Shown here in pieces: positions 31,642 to 39,435 of a DNA stretch of 64,000 nucleotides (position 1 is its first letter; each line of letters opens with the position of its first letter). The notes under the pieces are model-generated. The model made no database searches. It had not been told where the DNA came from and worked only from the letters and a program-made list of their open reading frames with translations. The stretch spans positions 61,978-125,977 of the forward strand of contig JBDRRK010000008.1 in the NCBI GenBank assembly GCA_043825775.1, given 5' to 3'. The translations under genes were made by a program, and so were the position numbers. This stretch comes from an archaeon. GTDB lineage: Archaea > Nanobdellota > Nanobdellia > SCGC-AAA011-G17 > GW2011-AR17.

Positions 31642-33354
31642 ATGGAAATTGAAACTTTGAGACATAGTGCTGCTCATTTATTAGCAATGGCTGTAAAGGA
31701 ATTGTTCCCAGATGTTAAACTTGGAATAGGTCCGGCTATTGAGAATGGTTTCTATTATGATTTTGAGAAGGATGAACCTTTTACTCCTGAAGATTTAAAA
31801 AAAATAGAGGAGAAGATGAATGAGCTTTCAAGAAAGAATTTAAGTATAGAACAGGTTTCAATGTCTGATAAAGATTTAGAAGATTATTATGCAAAAGAAC
31901 CATATAAGAAAGAATTGGCTGAGGAATTAGATAAACCTACTTTTTACAAACAAGGAGATTTTATTGATTTGTGTAAAGGACCCCATGTTGAGAATACTAA
32001 GTATCTTAAATATTTTAAACTTATGAAAGTTTCTGGAGCATATTGGAAAGGTGATGCAAAAAATAAACAATTGCAAAGGATTTATGGTGTTGTTTTTGAA
32101 ACTAAAGAGCAGTTGAAAGAATACCTGACTTTATTAGAAGAATCTGAGAAAAGAAATCACATTAAACTAGGAAAAGAATTAGGATTGTTTTCATTTCACA
32201 AAGAAGGTCCAGGTTTTCCTTTTATGCAACCAAATGGGATGATTATTTGGAATGAAATTATGCATTTGTGGAAAACAAAACATAATGAATATGGTTATGA
32301 GGAAGTTAAAACTCCTATTATACTAAATAAGGAGTTATGGGTTACTTCTGGACATTGGGAAAATTATAGAGAGAATATGTATGAGACTAAGATTGATGAT
32401 ACTGAAGTTGCTATAAAACCAATGAATTGTCCAGGTGGAATATTGATGTATAATGAACGTTTACATTCTTATAGAGAGTTTCCTTTGAGGATTGCAGAGG
32501 TTGGTTTGGTTCATAGGCATGAGCTATCTGGAGTTTTAAATGGAATGTTTAGAGTTAGAGCATTTCACCAAGATGATGCTCATATTTACATGGAACAAAA
32601 ACAGATTCAGAAAGAAGTTTTGAATGTCTTAAAATTAACTGAGGAAATTTATGGTGCTTTTGGATTAGGTTTTGAATTAGAGTTAAGTACAAGGCCTGAG
32701 AAGTTTATTGGAGAAAAAAATAATTGGGATAAATCAGAAAAAGCATTGAAGAGTGCTTTGGAGAAATATGGTAAGGAATATAGATTGAATGAGGGAGATG
32801 GTGCTTTTTATGGTCCTAAGATTGATGTTCATATTAAAGATGCTTTAGGTAGAACTTGGCAGTGTGCTACAATACAATTAGATATGAACTTACCAGAAAG
32901 GTTTGATATGACCTATGAAGGTAAAGATGGAAAGAGACATAGACCAGTTATGATCCATAGAACAATATTAGGTTCAGTGGAAAGATTTATGGGAATATTG
33001 GTTGAACATTTTGGTGGGAAGTTTCCATTGTGGCTAAGTCCTGTTCAAGTGGTATTAATGAATGTTACTGATAGAAATTTGAAGTTTGCTAATTCTCTTG
33101 CTAAGAAGATGCAGAAAAAAGGAATTAGAGCTGAAGTTGATGATAGGAATGAAGGAATTTCTAAAAAAGTTAGAGATGCTCAAATGAAAAAAATACCCCT
33201 TATGATTACAATTGGTGATAAAGAGCAAGAAGCTAAAACACTTGCAGTTAGAACTAGAGATGGAAAGGTTAAGTTTGGAATGGATGTTAATGAGTTTATT
33301 AAGAAAGTTTCTAAGAATATTAAAGATGGCTCTTTAGAGTTTATTCTGGAATAA
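31642..33354 (+). CDS. thrS: Threonine--tRNA ligase, bacterial-type (N2 editing + catalytic + anticodon domains; no TGS domain)
   Basis: Starts in the editing domain (RHSAAHLLAMAV). Class II aaRS motifs are present (…FRVRAFHQDDAHIY…, …GGKFPLWLSP…). 570 aa. Confidence 0.9.
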   Translation: MEIETLRHSAAHLLAMAVKELFPDVKLGIGPAIENGFYYDFEKDEPFTPEDLKKIEEKMNELSRKNLSIEQVSMSDKDLEDYYAKEPYKKELAEELDKPTFYKQGDFIDLCKGPHVENTKYLKYFKLMKVSGAYWKGDAKNKQLQRIYGVVFETKEQLKEYLTLLEESEKRNHIKLGKELGLFSFHKEGPGFPFMQPNGMIIWNEIMHLWKTKHNEYGYEEVKTPIILNKELWVTSGHWENYRENMYETKIDDTEVAIKPMNCPGGILMYNERLHSYREFPLRIAEVGLVHRHELSGVLNGMFRVRAFHQDDAHIYMEQKQIQKEVLNVLKLTEEIYGAFGLGFELELSTRPEKFIGEKNNWDKSEKALKSALEKYGKEYRLNEGDGAFYGPKIDVHIKDALGRTWQCATIQLDMNLPERFDMTYEGKDGKRHRPVMIHRTILGSVERFMGILVEHFGGKFPLWLSPVQVVLMNVTDRNLKFANSLAKKMQKKGIRAEVDDRNEGISKKVRDAQMKKIPLMITIGDKEQEAKTLAVRTRDGKVKFGMDVNEFIKKVSKNIKDGSLEFILE

Positions 33355-33389
33355 CAAACTTTAAATATAATGCTAATAAAATTAATTCT

Positions 33390-33836
33390 ATGTTAGAAGA
33401 TATCAAAGAAAGGCTTGAAGTAGCAAAAGAGAAGAAAATAGAGGGAAAGTTTGTTTCTGCATTTTATATGGGTGAATTGAGTAATATTGAATGGCAGATT
33501 GATTTTTTTGATGGTAAAAAAATATATAGCCTGTTGCCAAATGGTGATATCAAAGAAGATACTCTATTTGGAGATGAGGAGTTAAAAGAGTTAGATTTGG
33601 ATGAAATAAAAGTTGATTTATTGCATGCTGAACAAGCTGTTGAAAAGATAAGAGATGAGAAGTATCCTCATATTGAAGCTGATAAGGTAATTGTTATTTT
33701 GAATAAAACTGATCAAACAATGTGGAATATTACTTGGTTGACTAAAGATTTTAAAATATTTAATGTTAAGATAGATGCTGATTCTGGTAAAGTGTTAAAA
33801 GAGAAGTGTGAAAGTGTTTTGAAGTTTAAAAGTTAA
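33390..33836 (+). CDS. Hypothetical acidic protein
   Basis: 148-aa ORF in an intergenic slot. No motif recognised. Confidence 0.3.
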   Translation: MLEDIKERLEVAKEKKIEGKFVSAFYMGELSNIEWQIDFFDGKKIYSLLPNGDIKEDTLFGDEELKELDLDEIKVDLLHAEQAVEKIRDEKYPHIEADKVIVILNKTDQTMWNITWLTKDFKIFNVKIDADSGKVLKEKCESVLKFKS

Positions 33837-33868
33837 GATTTATAAATAGATAATAAATTTCTTGGAGT

Positions 33869-34204
33869 ATGGAAATAACAATTTATGAACGAGGAGTGGC
33901 TCCAGAACAAAGTAATCCTTTTTATTGGGGAAATATTGAAGAAGCATTATTATCAGAAGGGATTGCACCTATAGATGATAGAGAATTGAGAGGTTTTACT
34001 TATGTGCTTGATGGTGTGAAGATTATTTGTGATTTATATTTTAATGGAGAGGATGAAGAACAAAGGATAAGATTTGATGGTGAAGATGAAGCAAGTATTA
34101 GGCAAGCTGAAGCTAAATTGAAAGTACTTATTCAGAATACTCCACAAAATAAAGGTTCAAATCCTAGTTTACTTGATATTCTTTTAAAATTTAAAGAAAA
34201 TTAA
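33869..34204 (+). CDS. Hypothetical acidic protein
   Basis: 111-aa ORF. No motif recognised. Confidence 0.3.
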   Translation: MEITIYERGVAPEQSNPFYWGNIEEALLSEGIAPIDDRELRGFTYVLDGVKIICDLYFNGEDEEQRIRFDGEDEASIRQAEAKLKVLIQNTPQNKGSNPSLLDILLKFKEN

Positions 34205-34584
34205 AGAAAAAAGATTGTATATATTACCCAAAGTAATAATACTATCCAGACAAGTATCAAAAGCCATGATTTCTTCATTAACTTCTTATCTTTAAGCATT
34301 TTCTTTGCCCAAGCTGTTGTATCTTTTCCGTATGCTGCAAATCCCATTAGGAATAAAGGCATTAGGAATAACATTGATGCAAATATATGAACTATTGTCA
34401 TTTCTTGTAATAGGATTACTAGTACAACAGCTGCCCAAACAAAAGCTACTATTAGGGTTAGAGCAGGTTTTGCAAATACTGCCTCAACAACTTTCATCCA
34501 CTTGCTTGGATTGATAAACAAAACTACAATTTTTATTAGTGCGAAACCAATAACAATCAAAGCCATTATTTCGATTGGTGTCAT
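34201..34584 (-). CDS. Small membrane protein (4 TM)
   Basis: 127 aa, strongly hydrophobic. Confidence 0.35.
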   Translation of the reverse strand: MTPIEIMALIVIGFALIKIVVLFINPSKWMKVVEAVFAKPALTLIVAFVWAAVVLVILLQEMTIVHIFASMLFLMPLFLMGFAAYGKDTTAWAKKMLKDKKLMKKSWLLILVWIVLLLWVIYTIFFL

Positions 34585-34618
34585 TATATCTCCTCCTTTT
34601 GTATTATAATATGTTTTG

Positions 34619-34819
34619 TTAATATAAATCTATTGTTTTTTCCTTAGAAGTAAATCCTTTCTTAATTCTTACATCTTTCTTAAAATGTTTTTTCAGAACT
34701 TTTAATAATTCTAGGTTTGCTTTTCCTTTTTCTGGTTGTGATTTTAAGTAAACAATGTAATGGTCTCCTTCCTTCTTTACTTCTTTTTTTCCTGAATTTG
34801 GTTTTACCCTAACTTTCAT
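34619..34819 (-). CDS. DUF167 (YggU/UPF0235)-like small protein
   Basis: MKVRVKPNSGKK…GKANLELLKVLKKHFKKDVRIKKGFTSKEKTIDL matches the DUF167 pattern (V.V.P…GKAN.eli..L…v.i..G..s..K.i.i). Confidence 0.5.
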   Translation of the reverse strand: MKVRVKPNSGKKEVKKEGDHYIVYLKSQPEKGKANLELLKVLKKHFKKDVRIKKGFTSKEKTIDLY

Positions 34820-34838
34820 ATTAATTTATAAATCTCTG

Positions 34839-35141
34839 ATGTTTATAAAAGTTAGAGGTGATATTATGAAACATGGTCAATTAAACAATCTGGCTTTTGC
34901 TTGGGTTTTTGCTATTTTTGGTGCTGTTGGTACTTTTGTCATTGGAGTTCTAGGACAACTAGGGATGTATATGGAAGGAGTTGTAGCTAATCAATTTTTA
35001 GAAGTTATGAATATTTCAAATCCATTTTATATCTTTGATTTGAGTACTTGGTATGGAACTTTGTTAGGAACTGTAGAAGCATTTGTGTTTTGGTTTTTGA
35101 TGGGTTATGTATTTGCTTTGTTATATAACAAATTTATTTAG
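34839..35141 (+). CDS. Small membrane protein
   Basis: 100 aa with 3 TM helices. Confidence 0.3.
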   Translation: MFIKVRGDIMKHGQLNNLAFAWVFAIFGAVGTFVIGVLGQLGMYMEGVVANQFLEVMNISNPFYIFDLSTWYGTLLGTVEAFVFWFLMGYVFALLYNKFI

Positions 35142-35852
35142 AAATTCCTCTTCAACAAAATGTAAATCTCCTGGGATGATTAAACATTGAGGATATTTTT
35201 TTATTTCTTTTACATTCTTTGCTTCTGTGTAGATTATAGTTGGTTCTTTTGATCCTAATTGTGCACAGACAATTACTTTTGTATCTTCTGTTAATACATT
35301 CTCTTTTCTTTTGGATTCTATATTTAATAAGAAGTTAATTGCTTCTTTAGCTTCCATGAACTTATCTTCTTTTGGTGCTAAATCTAATAAACATAATGTG
35401 TGTAAAGGTTTATTATTCTTAATTACCTCATAAGGAGCTTCAACATTTTCATTGTGGAATGGAATTGATGTTGTTTTTCCATATTTGTATAGTTCTAATC
35501 CCACAATGCCTACTGCTGTTAAAACTGAAGCATTTCCAATTATATTTACTTCAATGTTTTGTGCTTGTTGTAATAATGATAAATGAGTTGTTGCTGAAAA
35601 AGGATCTCCTATAACTAATAAAGATACATTTTTTTCTTTAGCTTCTGCGATAAGTTCTTCACCAGATTCAACAAAAGCTCTTTCTACTAGCTTGATTTCT
35701 TTGCCATATAATTCTTCTAATTTTTCTTTAGGAACTTGTAGTTTAGAGGTGTAGTTTTCCAAATAAATGGAGTCAGAGTTTTTGACTAGCTCTAGACCTT
35801 TTAGAGTTATATCCTTCTCGTCGTTAAGTCCTATACCAATTATGTTTAGCAT
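35121..35852 (-). CDS. dph5: Diphthine synthase (diphthamide biosynthesis methyltransferase)
   Basis: MLNIIGIGLNDEKDITLKGLELVKNSDSIYLENYTS tetrapyrrole-methylase-fold N-terminus typical of archaeal DphB. 243 aa. Confidence 0.85.
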   Translation of the reverse strand: MLNIIGIGLNDEKDITLKGLELVKNSDSIYLENYTSKLQVPKEKLEELYGKEIKLVERAFVESGEELIAEAKEKNVSLLVIGDPFSATTHLSLLQQAQNIEVNIIGNASVLTAVGIVGLELYKYGKTTSIPFHNENVEAPYEVIKNNKPLHTLCLLDLAPKEDKFMEAKEAINFLLNIESKRKENVLTEDTKVIVCAQLGSKEPTIIYTEAKNVKEIKKYPQCLIIPGDLHFVEEEFLNKFVI

Positions 35853-35928
35853 ATAGTTTTGAGAAAAATAATAGTTTATAAGGGTTTTGTAGTGACTTTG
35901 ACTCCTTTTTATGTGTTTAGTACTATTC

Positions 35929-37047
35929 TTACTTGACGCTACGCTCCGAGTTGTAAAGTTTTAAGTATCTGTTTATTTCTTTAGTTGATATTTCTTTTGA
36001 AAATCTATTTTCAAATTCAGTTAAAATACCTTTTCTAAATTTGTAAGTATCTGCATGCTTTGAATAGGCTAACCAGCCCTCTAAAAAATCATAGATTTTA
36101 TCATACTCAATAACTCCCTTTTTATATTTAATTGTATATAATTTAAATTTGGATTTAAATCTTCTTTTATTTTTCTTTTGAATAATCTTATGATTTGGAA
36201 AAATCTTGAAACCTAAAAAGTCTGTTCCTCCTTGTAATGGAAATATTTTTGTTTTATCTGGATGTAGTTCTATATCTAATTTATTCATTAGAAATGATTC
36301 TATTTTCTCTTTGTAATTTTCTAAGCTTTCTTTTGATTTGTCAAGAATGACGAAATCATCAACATAACGAATGTAGTATTTTACTTTAAGTTTATGTTTT
36401 ACAAAAGAATCCAGTTCATTGAGGTAAAGATTCGCAAAGAATTGGGAGGTTAAGTTGCCAAGAGGCATGCTTTTTTCTGTTCGCCCCCTCCCCCCAATTG
36501 GATTTTGAAGGATAATTTTTATTAACCACAAAACTCTTGAATCTTTGATTTTCTTTTGTATTATTTCAAATAAAATTTTGTGATTAATATTCTCAAAATA
36601 CTTTTTTATATCTGCCTTAAGTACATATGCTTTTGAAATGTTATTATTTGTTACTTTTCTCTTGAAATAATCAAACCTTTCAATTGCTTTTAAAGAACCC
36701 TTGTTAATTTGATTTGCATATGAATCTAAGATAAAACCTTTTTCAAATATTGGGGCTATTATACTGTAGAGTGCGTGATGGATAACTCTATCTCTAAAAA
36801 TAGATTTGCTGATTTTTCTTGTTTTTGGATCTCTTATTATGAAATTTACAAGAGGCTTGGGCCTATAGATATGAAAAATTAATTCTGAATGGAGCAAAGA
36901 GAGATTGTTTTTAAGATTTCTTTTGAATTCAATTACATAGTCCTTTGTTGTCTTATTCTTTCTTGCTCTTTTGAATGCAAGTTTTAGGTTTTGAATACTA
37001 CACAATTCCTGCCATAAATCTCTTGTCATTATGAAATGCCTCAGCAT
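35929..37047 (-). CDS. Diversity-generating retroelement reverse transcriptase (DGR RT)
   Basis: RT motifs ADIKKYFENINH (domain 2), IRYVDDFVIL (YxDD) and the DGR-specific LGNLTSQ ([I/L]GxxxSQ) are present. The six-frame ORF runs to 37182 only because it reads through the template repeat. The likely true start is the ATG at 37047 (MLRHFIMT…), 13 nt downstream of the TR. Confidence 0.85.
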   Translation of the reverse strand: MLRHFIMTRDLWQELCSIQNLKLAFKRARKNKTTKDYVIEFKRNLKNNLSLLHSELIFHIYRPKPLVNFIIRDPKTRKISKSIFRDRVIHHALYSIIAPIFEKGFILDSYANQINKGSLKAIERFDYFKRKVTNNNISKAYVLKADIKKYFENINHKILFEIIQKKIKDSRVLWLIKIILQNPIGGRGRTEKSMPLGNLTSQFFANLYLNELDSFVKHKLKVKYYIRYVDDFVILDKSKESLENYKEKIESFLMNKLDIELHPDKTKIFPLQGGTDFLGFKIFPNHKIIQKKNKRRFKSKFKLYTIKYKKGVIEYDKIYDFLEGWLAYSKHADTYKFRKGILTEFENRFSKEISTKEINRYLKLYNSERSVK

Positions 37048-37060
37048 ATCTTGGACTATT

Positions 37061-37157
37061 CCACGAAGCCAATTGTTAGCATTGTCAACGTTCCTGTCAT
37101 TAGCATTGAAGTTGGAATCGTTGTCAAAGTTGTTCAACCTGCAAAGCCTCGCAACAG
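37061..37157 (-). repeat. DGR template repeat (TR), 97 nt
   Basis: 97-nt imperfect direct repeat of 37499..37595. It retains adenines on the coding (minus) strand and encodes 10 Asn AAY codons (…LCRLNNFDNDSNFNANDRNVDNANNWLRG). Confidence 0.8.
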
Positions 37158-37338
37158 ATAGCTCATTTACTGTATTTTGCACTGCTGTTTCAACCCTATA
37201 ATTCGAAAATTATGTGTCACAGCTGTATTTCATGACAGATTAACTGCCTTAGCAAAAGAGCATGTAGTCCAACACTACTACTCCATAAGAGAAGCAATGC
37301 TGAGACAAAGAAAATAAAAAGATAATAGTTAATAAAAA

Positions 37339-38154
37339 TTATTGTTTTTTTAGCTCTAATAAAATCATTTCTTCCAATCCGGATAGATTCAAATCTTTCA
37401 ATACTAAACTTATCTGTTCTGAAGAATATGTTTCTGATTTAGGCTGTGAAATTTCCTGCGGAGTTTTTTGCGTGTCGCCTACGGCGCTGTTAGGTACCCC
37501 ACGAAGCCAATCGCCAGCATTGTCAACGTCCCTGCCATTCGCAACGAAGTTGGAATCGAAGACAAAGCCGTTCAACCCGCAAAGCCCCGCAACAGCACCA
37601 TCTTCTGGAATTGTATCCATAACATATGTGTGTGTTGAAGTCCAGATTCTTGTTGACCTTTTTCCTGCATCTTTTAACATTTTAAAATTAGCTGCAAGAG
37701 TTTTATCTCTACCAAAAGGGACATGAACTAATTTTTGCTCTTCTGGATTTAAATCAGAAAGTGAAGGATCTGAAATATTCACTTCAAATCTATCATAAGC
37801 ATTATTCGGTTTTATGAACCTCACTTTTGAAAGATCTACTGTTACTATCCCCTGTCCAAGAGCCTTTCTTAACTCTTGTTGTGCAGGGTTATAACTTCCA
37901 GTTGTTCTCAGCTGGGAAATTGCATCATCTAAATTTCTTAGTATTAATGGATATTTTGAAAAAGTCAAACCTTGCCTTGTGTATATAGGATTGTCTCCAG
38001 TTATGTACCATTTGTTTTTCGTAACTGCATTATCCAAACCTACATTGTTAATTTCTCTTCTTCTTGCATTTGTTATTTTCAAAGCTCTGTCCAGACTTTT
38101 GAATTTGTCTGCATTTTGTGCAAACGAACCTTGTATCTCATATGTTTGTGCCAT
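37339..38154 (-). CDS. DGR target (variable) protein with C-terminal variable repeat
   Basis: 271-aa ORF on the same strand as the RT. Its 3' region contains the VR (…LCGLNGFVFDSNFVANGRDVDNAGDWLRG…). The WLRG end and Asn/Asp-rich variable scaffold resemble C-type-lectin/FGE-fold DGR targets. Confidence 0.75.
   Translation of the reverse strand: MAQTYEIQGSFAQNADKFKSLDRALKITNARRREINNVGLDNAVTKNKWYITGDNPIYTRQGLTFSKYPLILRNLDDAISQLRTTGSYNPAQQELRKALGQGIVTVDLSKVRFIKPNNAYDRFEVNISDPSLSDLNPEEQKLVHVPFGRDKTLAANFKMLKDAGKRSTRIWTSTHTYVMDTIPEDGAVAGLCGLNGFVFDSNFVANGRDVDNAGDWLRGVPNSAVGDTQKTPQEISQPKSETYSSEQISLVLKDLNLSGLEEMILLELKKQ
37499..37595 (-). repeat. DGR variable repeat (VR), 97 nt, inside the target gene
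   Basis: 82/97 identical to the TR. Fourteen of the 15 mismatches are at positions that are A in the TR coding strand. The first 13 nt on the plus strand (3' end on the coding strand, GGCTTCGTGG) are identical. Confidence 0.8.
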
Positions 38155-38305
38155 TTTCTTTTATTTGGGGAGATTTTACTCATTTATAAAAGTTTTGTTT
38201 TTGTTACCACTTTAATATTACAACTCTCTCCAAAGGAGAGCTGGTAACAAACACTAATCGAGCATAAAAAAGACTCAAAGGCTACTCTCTCTACCAATCC
38301 AAAAG

Positions 38306-38315
38306 CTATATAAAT
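38306..38315 (+). promoter_or_regulatory. Putative archaeal TATA box upstream of the Pop5–psmA–exosome operon
   Basis: ctatataaat lies about 66 nt upstream of the Pop5 ATG. No TSS data. Confidence 0.25.
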
Positions 38316-38380
38316 GATGATATATTCTTTGCTCGAGTAAAGAGAAAGAGAATAAGAATAACAAATATTCTCGTTTTAAA

Positions 38381-38728
38381 ATGAAATTAAAACCGTTGAT
38401 GCCCAGTTTAAGGGAAAAGAAGCGTTATATTGCTTTTGAAATTAAATCAAAGGAAAAATTATCCTTTAATGAGGCAAAACAGGCTATAGAGGACAAGATG
38501 AAGGAATTTATCGGTACACTAGGTATGGCAAATGCTGGACCAATATTCCTAAATGATTGGGAAGATAATAAAGGAATTGTTCGAGTTAATTCGAAATTCG
38601 TTGATCATACTAAAGCTTCATTGGCTTTGATTAAAGAAGTTAATGGTAAAAAAGTTTTATTCCAGAGCATAGGTGTTTCTGGAGTTATTGACAGATTAAG
38701 AAAGTCATATTTTAAAGGAGGAAAATAA
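38381..38728 (+). CDS. rnp2: RNase P protein component Pop5 (Rpp14 homologue)
   Basis: MKLKPLMPSLREKKRYIAFEI… matches the archaeal Pop5 N-terminus (LPP(S/T)LREK.RY.AFE). Sits in the conserved position upstream of psmA in the exosome superoperon. Confidence 0.75.
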   Translation: MKLKPLMPSLREKKRYIAFEIKSKEKLSFNEAKQAIEDKMKEFIGTLGMANAGPIFLNDWEDNKGIVRVNSKFVDHTKASLALIKEVNGKKVLFQSIGVSGVIDRLRKSYFKGGK

Positions 38729-38729
38729 A

Positions 38730-39434
38730 ATGCAAGAAGGTTCACATCAAATGATGGGTTACGACAGGGCTTCAACAATGTTCAGTCCTGATGGTAGATT
38801 ATTACAGGTAGAGTATGCTAAAGAGGCTGTAAAACAAGGTTCAACTGCAATTGGAATAGTGTGTAAAGATGGTGCTATTTTAATCGCTGATAAGAGAGTT
38901 TCTGATGAATTGATTATTTCAGATGCTGTTGAAAAGATTTTTCAAGTGGATAAGCATATTGGTGCTACTGCTGTTGGTTATGTTATGGACGGTAGAGTAT
39001 TGATTGAAAGAGCTCAATTAATTGCACAACAACACATGGTTACTTATTCAGTTCCAATGGAAACATTGAATTTGGTAAAAGAAGTTTCTGATATAAAACA
39101 GTCTTATACACAGTATGGTGGAGCAAGACCTTTTGGTGTTTCAGTATTGTTTGTAGGTGTTGATGATACAGGACCTTTACTGTATGTTACAGAACCAACT
39201 GGTATATTTTTTCAGTACAAAGCTACTGCTGTTGGAGAAAACTCAGATGCAATCAAACAAATTTTGAGAAAAGAGTATAATGAAAATATGTCTGTTGAGG
39301 ATGGTATCAAATTAGCAGTTAAAGCATTGAAAAAAGTTATGGTAAAAGATTTTGATGCAAAAAGAATTGATGGTGCTCTAATTTCACAGGCAACAAAAGA
39401 ATATTCAGTTATTGATAGGAAGAAGTTGAAATAA
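38730..39434 (+). CDS. psmA: Proteasome subunit alpha
   Basis: GYDRASTMFSPDGRLLQVEYA α-subunit signature is present. 234 aa. Confidence 0.9.
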   Translation: MQEGSHQMMGYDRASTMFSPDGRLLQVEYAKEAVKQGSTAIGIVCKDGAILIADKRVSDELIISDAVEKIFQVDKHIGATAVGYVMDGRVLIERAQLIAQQHMVTYSVPMETLNLVKEVSDIKQSYTQYGGARPFGVSVLFVGVDDTGPLLYVTEPTGIFFQYKATAVGENSDAIKQILRKEYNENMSVEDGIKLAVKALKKVMVKDFDAKRIDGALISQATKEYSVIDRKKLK

Positions 39435-39435
39435 A

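Larger units (their letters stand above)
35929..38154 (-). mobile_element. Diversity-generating retroelement cassette (target–VR / spacer / TR / RT)
   Basis: Layout on the minus strand: target gene 38154→37339 with VR, 181-nt spacer, TR, RT. No avd-like ORF is visible in the spacer. Confidence 0.8.

Noticed and set aside
35853-35928. Locally GC-richer segment (ttgacgctacgctccgag) just 3' of the RT stop as a possible second repeat or IMH
   Set aside because: No matching copy was found elsewhere in the window and it has no similarity to the TR/VR. Likely a simple terminator or UTR feature. Insufficient evidence.
35929-37182. Reverse transcriptase as group II intron maturase or retron RT
   Set aside because: There is no maturase X/En domain and no flanking intron RNA domains or msr/msd-like structures. 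The [I/L]GxxxSQ motif plus a cognate adenine-mismatched TR/VR pair identify it as a DGR RT.
37472-37726. Plus-strand 84-aa ORF overlapping the VR
   Set aside because: It lies antisense to the DGR target gene, and its Pro/Ser/Ala-rich composition derives from the GC-rich VR. Most likely spurious.
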